A stretch of 64,000 nt of DNA from an uncultured bacterium (GTDB lineage: Bacteria > Krumholzibacteriota > Krumholzibacteriia > LZORAL124-64-63): NCBI GenBank assembly GCA_963732385.1, contig CAVSZB010000007.1, positions 320,001 to 384,000 of the forward strand, in the 5' to 3' direction. A model generated the notes under the pieces. The model worked only from the letters and a program-made list of their open reading frames with translations. It had not been told where the DNA came from and did not search any database. Positions 31,001 to 39,293 of this stretch are shown piece after piece. A program made the position numbers and the translations under genes. The first letter of the stretch is position 1; every line of letters begins with the position of its first letter.

Positions 31001-34000
31001 GACGCCAGCTGCCCGTAGCATCTGGGCCTCGGCCTCGCTGACCCCCAGGTGGCCCAGAACGGCGCGGCTGTGGGTCGCCGCGACCTCGAACACGCGGTCG
31101 GCCATCCGGTGGTCCTGGTACTTCGACATCAGCGCCAGTCGCGGCCTCGCGCGTCGGCGCGGCGCCGATGATCAGGTCGAGCTGCGCGGTGCCGTCGACC
31201 GCCAGCTCCACCGTGCGCCGCAGCGCCACGCAGGGGTCCAGCACGGCCCCGGCCGTTCCGGACAGCGGGCCCCAGTCGTCGAGCGCGGCGGGCTGACGCG
31301 CGCTGCGGCCCCGGCCGATGAAACGCGCCCGGTCCGTCTCGTAGCTGCACGCGCCCGATTCCGTCGCCTGCCGCCAGCAGCATGCAGAACATCCAGGGGG
31401 GCTGCTCCTCCGCCGAGCGCGGCCGGCGCGTCAGGAGAATGGCGCTGTGGTCCGGCGCGAGCTCCGCCTGCACGAACAGGTTGCTGAACGCCCGGTGCAG
31501 CTCGTCGGTCACGCCCGGCGCCAGCACGACCTCCGCGTAGCTGGTGACCAGCAGCGAGCGGGCGGTTGCCGACGCGGTTGGTCAGCCTGATGCGGCGGAT
31601 CTCGAGATCGTCCTCCGTCGAGACCGCGATCTCGGTGTGCGTCTCCACCCGATCGTCCTGGCGCCGGAACTCCGCCCGCCCCGCCGTGAAGATCGCCTCG
31701 TACTGCCGGCCGGCGCGCAGCGTCGGCTGGAACGCGTTCGACCACCCGTGGCGCGTCTGCCGATCGCCGATGAAGACAGAAGACGCCGAACGACTCGGAG
31801 GTGGGGTCCTCGCGCCAGCGGGTGATCGCCAGGTCGTTCCAGCGGCTGTAGCCGGCGCCCGCGGCCGACACCATCACGTGGTAACGGCCGTTGGAGAGCA
31901 GTTGCACCTCCGGACTCGGCGTGTTCGGGTTGGTGAAGACGCGCAGGTGCGACGGCGCGGCACGTCCCGCGACCCGGCGCGAGGCCTGCGCCTCGCGCAC
32001 GTGCGGGGCCAGGATCGCGGTCGCCCTCGGGATACGCTCCTGAAGCAGCAGGGCCGCCGCCCGGAAATCTGGGTTGCGCGAGGAAGCGGCTCCTGCATCC
32101 GCGGGCCCAGCACCGCCTGCCCCAGCGCCAGCAGGCTCATCCCGTGATGGTGGGCCATGAAGGCCGGCACCACCGTCCCCCGCTCCCCCTCCGCCGCGCG
32201 GGCCGGCGTGAAGTCGATCGCCTCGTAGAAGCCGTAGGGGCCGAGGCAGGACTCGCCGGCCAGGCGCCGCAGGTTGGCGCACGCGCGCTGGGGATCGACC
32301 AGCAGCGCCAGGACCGAAGCGTACGGCGAGACGACCAGATCGTCGCCGAGCCCGCGTTGCAGCCCGAGTCCCGGCACGCCGAAGGCGCGGTACTGGTAGG
32401 TGCCTTCGGCATCCGTCACGTTGTAGCACGACTCGGAGATGCCCCACGGCACGCCTCGCTGCCGGCCGTACTCGATCTGGCGGGCCACGGCCGCGTGGCA
32501 GGTCTGGTCGAGGAGCGTGCCGCGGAAGTCGGGCATCACCAGGAGCGGCATCAGATACTCGAACATCGAGCCGCTCCAGCTGAGCAGCACCTGGCGGCCG
32601 CGCGCCATCGTCAGGCGCCGGCCGAGCGCGAACCAGTGGTCGAACGGGATCTGGCCGGAGGCGATGGCCACATAGCTGGCCAGTCGCGCCTCCGACGCCA
32701 GCAGGTCGTAGATTGCTGTTGTCGAGCCGGCGATCCGCGACCCAGTACCCGATGACCAGGAGTTTTCGCCGCGGATCGTAGAGGAACGAGAAATCCGCCT
32801 CTGTCAGGCCCGCACAGCGTGCGGCGAGGGTTTCGACCAGGAGGATGCGCGCCGAAATGCGCTGCGCGCCCAGTCTGAAGGCTTCGGCCCGACGGCCTCC
32901 ATCATCGTCGCCAGGGAACGTGCCCCGCACCTCGGCGGCCAGGCGCGCCAGACTGCCGAGCACCTGCAGGCTCGGAGCCCGGTCGATGTCGGCGGCGAGG
33001 CGCGGCGTCAGTCCCCGGAGCGCCGCCGCTCCGCCCGCGAGCCACGGCGCCAACTCGGTCAGACTCCGCCAGGAAAGCGCGCGCCTGACGGTCGAGCGAC
33101 TTCGCCCACCAGAGCGCCTCGGGGTTTTGCTGCTGATCGAGCGACTCGGCCAGTTGCGCGGTCGCAACGGCGAGGTCGCCCAGGCGGGACGCCCAAACCG
33201 CAAGGGAGTCGATGGGGGCAGCCAGGAGTCGCATGATCGGCTCCAGGGCCTGACCGGGCCGACCTGCCCGGCCAGCACGCGCACCGTGTCGCGCAGCCCT
33301 GCGAGCGCCCCGGCCGGCAACACCGGCCGCGCGGGCAACTCCAGCAGGCCGCTGCGCAGCACTCTGACGTGCCCGATCAGGTTGCCGCTGTCCACGGTGG
33401 AGACGTAGAACGGCCGCAGCGCCTTGCGGGTGATGGTGTCGTACCAGTTCAGGAAGTGGCCCCGGTGGCGCTCCATCTGCTCCATCGATTCGATCGCGCG
33501 GGTGGTGCGGTCGAGCAGTTGCGCGCCGCTCAGGTACCCGAGGTCGTGCGCCGACAGGTTGGCGAGCAGCGCCAGCCCCATGTCCGTCGGACTGGTGCGA
33601 TGGGCCACGCAGTGAGTCGGCCGCTCCTGGAAGTTGTCGGGAGGCAGCCAGTTCTCCTGCGGCCCGACGAAAACCTCGAAGTAACGCCAGGTGAGCCGGG
33701 CGATGCCGCGCAGGAAGCGCACGTCGCCGACGTCGAGCACCGTCGTGTCGGACGGCAGCGGCCGGCTGACCCACCAGGCGGCCAGAGGCGACAGAAACCA
33801 CACTACCAGGAGCGGAGCCGCCGAGGCGACGGCACGCGGGGCTGCCAGCGCGATCAACAGGGCCGCGACCGCCGTGGCCAGGGCCGGGCAGACCCACATC
33901 CGGGCGAGGACGTGCCCCATCCCCGCCGGCGCAGCACGCTCGACCGCCGCGGCCGTCTGCCACTCCAGCAGGTGCCGCCGGCTGAAGCCGATCCGCCACA

Positions 34001-36794
34001 GCGAACGCAGGGCGGCATCGACGGCGATCGTCGCCTCGAACGGCAGGAACGTCAGCCACAGCGCGACTCTGGTGAGACGACGGGCGGTCGACCTGGCTAC
34101 GGTCGCGACGTGCAGCGATAGCGGAAGTTTCGGCGGGCGGCGGGCCAGTTCGGCCAGTCCCGGCAGCAGTTCGGGAACGAACAGCAGCGAGAGGACCGCC
34201 AGCGTCCACGTCAGGGGCGCCGGCAGCACGAGCCAGCCGAGCGGCCAGCAGGATCAGGTACGCGGGGGACACGAGAGCCCGGCGCAGGTTGTCGAAGATC
34301 TTCCACCAGCCCAGGACGGCGAGCGACGGGGAGATCCTGCGGCCGGTGGCGTCGCTGACCCGCAGGCCGAGCCAGGGGGCGATCTGCCAGTCGCCGCGCA
34401 TCCAGCGGTGACGGCGGCTGACGTCGGCCAGGTATCCCGATGGCGCGTCTTCGAGCAACTCCACGTCGCTGCACTGGCCGGAGCGGGCGTAGCACGACTC
34501 CAGCAGATCGTGGCTCAGCACGGCGTTGTCGGGGAAGCGGCCGTCGAGCAGCCGGCGGAAGGTCCGGACGTCGTAGATGCCCTTGCCGATGAAGGAGGTC
34601 TCCGCGAACAGGTCCTGGTACAGGTCCGAGACCACTCGGGTGTAGGGATCGAGGCCCACCTCGCCGGCCAGCAGCCGGGAATAGCGGCTCTGCACGGCGC
34701 TGCGCAGCGAGATGCTGACACGCGGCTGGAGGATCGCGTAGCCACGGGCCAGGCGCTGGCCGGCCGGATCGAACGCAGGGCGGTTCAGCGGGTGGGCGGC
34801 GGCGCCCACCAGTCGCCAGCCGGTCCCCCATGGCAGGTCGGTGTCGGTGTCGAGGGTGATGACGTAGCGGATCGAGGTGAGCTGCGAGACGTCGCCCACG
34901 ATCCGGCTGAAGCTGGCCCGGTCCTCGCCGCAAAGTAGCGCGTTGAAGTCCTCCAGCTTGCCCCGCTTGCGCTCGCGGCCCATCCAGCAGCCTTCCTGCG
35001 GGTTGTAGAGCCGGGGCCGGTGGAAGAGAAAGAATCGTCCGTGGGTGCCGTTGCCGTACTTTCGGTTCAGCACCTCGATGCCGTCGGCGGCCAGCGCCAG
35101 CAGCGCCTCGTCGCCCTCGACGTGCTCCTCGGTCGGCGTCGCGGAAGTCGGTCAGCAGTCCGAACCACAGGTTCGGATCGCGGTTGGCCAGGTAGCGGAG
35201 CTCCAGGCCCTCGAGGATCGCGCCGATGCGTCGGGGACCCGCGAGGAGCGTCGGCACGACGGCGATCGTGCGACAGTGCGTCGGGGATTCCGTGCTCGAA
35301 GTCCATCCGGGGCAGGGTCCGCGGCCTGCGGATGAGCGAGGCGAACCAGTTCACGGCCGCGATGGCGCACTGCGAGGCCGCCAGGACCGCGCCGAGCAGC
35401 CAGCACGGGCCAGGCGAGAGCGGGCGCGCCGTCGCGCCAGGCACGACCAGCCAGATGACGCCGGCGGCCGAGAGCAGCGCGACCGGCCCGAGATAGGCGA
35501 GCAGCCTCAGCCCCCGCAGCAGGTGCCGGGGGAACAGCCCCGCTGGACCGCTGCCCGCGCAGCGCCCGCTCGAGATGCTGGCTTCCGTCATCGACGAGCA
35601 GGTAGCCGACGTGGGCCGCCACGTCGGCGCTGCCGCGCGGCGTGACGCGCGGCGGCCAGCGACACCGCCGTCCGGGCCACCTCCTCCTCGTCGATGCGCA
35701 GCCGCCGCGCCGTGGACTCCACCACGTGGCGGTACTCGTCGCGGGTCGTGAAATCCATCCGGCGGTACACGCCCGGCGGGATCGCCGCGCAGGATCTCCT
35801 CGGTGGCGCTGTTGGCCTCGACGAACTTGTGCCACTCGGTGGCGTTGACGAGCCGCAGGCTGGCGATGCTGTTGGCCATCGAGGCCTGGTCGGCCGCCTG
35901 GCTCTGGCTCTCGGCGCGAACGACCTCCTCGATGGTCTGTCCCCGTTCGGCCAGCCGCTGCTCCAGCCACGCCAGCACGAAGGTCGTGGTCGCCCCGCGT
36001 CCCTGCAGGGCCTGCGTGAACTGGGCGACGAACGCCGTCGACAGGGGCGGGTTCTCGCGGACCATGTCCGCCAGCACGAGGAGGGCGGCGTCGTGCTTGT
36101 CCGAGGGGGCGTCGATCCGCTGCGCCCACGCCAGGGCGCGGTCCCGATGCGCCCGTTGCCAGCTGATGCTCACGGCGACGCGGCGAAGGTTCTCGATCAG
36201 GGCCAGCCGCAGCATGATGGCGACCGACCACAGCTCTCCCAGCGTCAGATGCGTGACCGACTGGTAGGCCGCCACGTAGCGGGCCAGCGCTTCGTCGTCG
36301 ACCCGCCCGTCGACATGCGCGATGAACTCGCAGGATGAGGTCGTAGATCCGAGGCCGGCCGGCCGCATCGTCCCCCGCCAGCCGCGGCAGCTGGCGGCTG
36401 TAGCCACGCGGGAAAGTGCTTCCGCGCCAGGTGGACCTGCTCTTCGATGAGGTAGTGATTGTCGAGCAGCCATTCGGCGGCCGGCATGAGGCGGCGTCCC
36501 GCGGCCTGCGCCCGCGACATCAGTTCGTGGCAGCGGGCGATCACCCGCTCCGAGTCGGCCAGACGCCGCAGCAGCTGGTCGTCGCCCCGTCGCCGGCCGG
36601 GTTGGTGGGCGGCGGCCAATCGCCCCGGCGTGCAGTTCCAACTGCTCGATCGCGAAGACCGCGCCGCGCAGCGGCGGATCGGCGCCGTCGGTCCGGTAGA
36701 GATCCTCGGCCCAGCCGGAAAGGTCGGCCGACGACAGCGGGCCCGGCGTGCCGCCGGACCCGGGAAGCCATCCGCGCAGGCGACTTCGCGCCAC
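28053..36794 (-). pseudogene. ndvB: Cyclic beta-1,2-glucan synthase (NdvB/ChvB/Cgs; GT84 plus GH94), broken by many frameshifts (pseudogene or sequencing errors)
   Basis: Collinear fragments over ~8.7 kb: [109 protein letters not shown]; at least 15 frame switches. Confidence 0.92.
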
Positions 36795-36796
36795 CG

Positions 36797-36943
36797 CTAC
36801 ACGGGCCGCCGGCCGGAGATGACCCGGAGCAGGACCGCAATGACGGCGATGACCAGCAGCAGGTGGACGAGGCCGCCTCCGATGTGCCCGACCAGTCCTA
36901 GCAGCCACAGGATGATGAGAACGACAGCGATCGTGTACAACAT
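36797..36943 (-). CDS. lmo0937 family small membrane protein (48 aa, not in the ORF track)
   Basis: MLYTIAVVLIILWLLGLVGHIGGGLVHLLLVIAVIAVLLRVISGRRPV*; GGAAGGAA RBS. Confidence 0.88.
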   Translation of the reverse strand: MLYTIAVVLIILWLLGLVGHIGGGLVHLLLVIAVIAVLLRVISGRRPV

Positions 36944-36999
36944 GGCCAGGTTCCTTCCCAATCAGTGCGTTCAGCCACGGGGCGCGATTCGTCCCGCGG

Positions 37000-37212
37000 T
37001 CAGGCCCGTCGCTTCTGCACCACCAGCAGTGTCATGCCCCCCGCCAGGGCGAGTGCCCCGAGGATGGGCGACAGCGGGAAGCTGTGGTGCTCGGTGGCCG
37101 TGGCCTTCAGGTCGCCGATCTGCAGAACGGTCCGCTGGCGGTTGTAGCCGATGCCGCCGTAGACCAGCGCAACGATGCCGAGAACCACTAGTGCGACAGC
37201 CAGTATTTTCAT
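37000..37212 (-). CDS. Small membrane protein (DUF3185-like)
   Basis: TM-GG..Y...TVLQIGDLKAT.......P.SP..G-TM pattern; GAAAGGA RBS. Confidence 0.75.
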   Translation of the reverse strand: MKILAVALVVLGIVALVYGGIGYNRQRTVLQIGDLKATATEHHSFPLSPILGALALAGGMTLLVVQKRRA

Positions 37213-37242
37213 TTCACCCGATCCTTTCCGCCGCGGGAGCCG

Positions 37243-37746
37243 CTAGTGATAGAAGGTCCAGCCGACCGTGACCTTGACGTCCGGGATGTCGTTCAGGCTG
37301 AGTTTGGTCTCGATGAAGAAGCGGTCGCCGTTGGCGAGCCCCTTCTCGATCCCGCCGAGGATGTTGACCCCGAGGTCGGTCTTCGATTCATTGCCGTTGG
37401 GCGTGTCCCACTTCTTGATGTTGGCGCCGAGACCGCCGCCGAGGTAGGGAGTCCACACGTCCCGCCGGTCGGTGAAGCGATAGGCCGCCTCGGCGTTCAG
37501 GGTGTAGAGATTCAGATTGTCGCCGAAGCCGAACTCCACGTTCGGCTGGAAGCGGACGTGTCGCGCGAAGTTGCCGTAGTCGAAGTGGGCGCCGAAGTGA
37601 ACCTGGTCTGGGTCAGCCGACAGGCCCACCCGCGGGCCCCAGCCGCGGTAGCCGACGTCGGTATAGGGATCAGCCAGGGCCAGGGCGGGAACCAGGGCGA
37701 CCGCCAGGAGCGCGATGAGCAGGATTCTGGGCGTGCTTGACATCAT
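37243..37746 (-). CDS. Outer membrane beta-barrel protein
   Basis: Signal peptide, alternating amphipathic strands, PYLGGGLG, aromatic C-terminus VGWTFYH. Confidence 0.8.
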   Translation of the reverse strand: MMSSTPRILLIALLAVALVPALALADPYTDVGYRGWGPRVGLSADPDQVHFGAHFDYGNFARHVRFQPNVEFGFGDNLNLYTLNAEAAYRFTDRRDVWTPYLGGGLGANIKKWDTPNGNESKTDLGVNILGGIEKGLANGDRFFIETKLSLNDIPDVKVTVGWTFYH

Positions 37747-37766
37747 GTTCTCCCTCGGCTTGCCGT

Positions 37767-38414
37767 TTACCGCTGGGCCAGGACCTGGATGTTCGTGGGG
37801 GCCGTCATCAGGATGTTGAGCCGCTGGCCCACCGCGAGCTCCACCTCGTCGCCCTGGGTGGCGAGCATGAGAATGGTGCCGGCGCCCGCGCCTGCTCCCG
37901 CCCCGATCGCCGCGCCCTTCCCGCCACCGGTGATGCCGCCGACGATCGCGCCGATGACACCCCCCGCGGCGATCTTCTCGACGTCGCTGTGCGTCTCGGA
38001 GGCCGCCTGCATGGTGAGCGAACGTGCCGAAATGGCGTGCGAGGTTCCCTGGGCGTCGATGATATTGTCGAACCCGAGCGTCATCCGGGCGCGGCCGCTG
38101 ATCCGACCGGACGCCTGCACGTCGCTCAGGGTGCCGCTGATGCGCGAGCCGTCCGGCACGACGGTCTTGCCGCCGATGATGACGGGCCCGGTCGTAGTGG
38201 CGTAGAAGGAGTCTCCGGAGTGGTTGGTGCCGGTGTTGAGCGTCGAGCCGAGCGACGCGATGATGGTCGTTCCCGCCGGGAGGGTGAGCGTGGAATAGCG
38301 CGCCTTGGCGCTCGCAGTAGCCCCTGCATTAGAGGTCGCATTGTCCTTGCAACCCGCCGTGACGGCCACGGCAAGCAGCAGAACGATGCCGATGCTGACG
38401 GTCTGTCGATTCAT
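37767..38414 (-). CDS. Lipoprotein with glycine zipper / TrbI-VirB10-like beta domain
   Basis: Lipobox VTAGC; LPAGTTI..SL...L.T.....GD.F, VVPDGS.I.G; GAIVGGITGGGKGAAIGAGAGAGAG. Confidence 0.78.
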   Translation of the reverse strand: MNRQTVSIGIVLLLAVAVTAGCKDNATSNAGATASAKARYSTLTLPAGTTIIASLGSTLNTGTNHSGDSFYATTTGPVIIGGKTVVPDGSRISGTLSDVQASGRISGRARMTLGFDNIIDAQGTSHAISARSLTMQAASETHSDVEKIAAGGVIGAIVGGITGGGKGAAIGAGAGAGAGTILMLATQGDEVELAVGQRLNILMTAPTNIQVLAQR

Positions 38415-38468
38415 TATCTGGTCTCCATTGGTGGTGTGTGAGATCGGTGCCCGCGCACGAGCCGAAAA

Positions 38469-38879
38469 TCAGCGCGCCTTGCGACTTCTCCCTCCCGCCG
38501 CGCGTACGGCGCGGACTCCCCTGGCTCCCGCCTTGTTCCGCCTGGCCAGTTCCAGGGCCCGCAGGATCTCGCGCGGGTTCTGTCCCTGTGCGAGCACGGT
38601 GCGCAGCAGCCCGCGCGCTCCCGGCGTCGTGGCTGCCCATTGGCGTGTTTGGGAATCGAGCCCCGTGACGAGCCCCTCCAGTTGTTCGAACGTCGCGCCG
38701 ACCGGTCGCAGTTCGTGCGCGATCCGCCGCAGGAGCTGCTCGGACGGCCGCCGCCTGTCGTGCTCGATGTCCGAAAGATGCGCCGCGGAAACCTCGACCT
38801 TCGCGGCGAGGCCGCGCAGCGTGATGCCCGCCTCCAGCCTCAGCCTGCGAATCTCGGCGCCAAGGTGTGCTGTATTCAT
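38469..38879 (-). CDS. XRE/HTH_3 family transcriptional regulator
   Basis: LGAEIRRLRLEAGITLRGLAAKVEVSAAHLSDIEHDRRRPS. Confidence 0.9.
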   Translation of the reverse strand: MNTAHLGAEIRRLRLEAGITLRGLAAKVEVSAAHLSDIEHDRRRPSEQLLRRIAHELRPVGATFEQLEGLVTGLDSQTRQWAATTPGARGLLRTVLAQGQNPREILRALELARRNKAGARGVRAVRAAGGRSRKAR

Positions 38880-38886
38880 GTCACAT

Positions 38887-38915
38887 ATGTTAGCTAACAA
38901 AGCGTACATCGGCAA
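38887..38915 (-). promoter_or_regulatory. sigma70 promoter (likely leaderless) with overlapping 12-bp palindromic operator
   Basis: TTGCCG-N17-TAACAT-N7-ATG; perfect palindrome TGTTAGCTAACA at 38888-38899. Confidence 0.7.
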
Positions 38916-39079
38916 GTGACGGCCGCTCTCCACGGCGCACGGGGCCGAGCCGCCGCCGCCTTCCCAAATGACGTGAGGTTGTCGTTAGGAGGAGAGTCGG
39001 TTCCATCCGTCTGCGTCGCGATCCGAAAGCGGAACCGGGAATGCCCCCGGTGTTCTCAATCAATTAATCGAAAATGTGG

Positions 39080-39108
39080 GTGCAATACTCCTCTAATTTT
39101 GGTATGAT
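39080..39108 (+). promoter_or_regulatory. Extended -10 sigma70 promoter upstream of the S8 protease
   Basis: GTGCAA-N17-TATGAT with TGn extension; AT-rich upstream. Confidence 0.5.
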
Positions 39109-39293
39109 ATCCATCGGCGCATCAGGCGGGCCAAGAGAGTCCCGTCGCGGGACGTACTGCGCTAGATGCCGGCTCCGCGCAGGGAGCTGGCCGTCCCGTT
39201 GGCGCAGGCAGAGCAGAGTCTCATCCTTCCCCGTCAGCAGCGTGGCGTCAGCTACGCGTGTCGGTACATGCAACCTGTGGGGGGACCACCATC

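Noticed and set aside
28053..36794. Programmed ribosomal frameshifting or many separate small genes in the ndvB region
   Set aside because: Too many shifts with no common slippery motif; fragments break within domains and lack their own RBS/start signals
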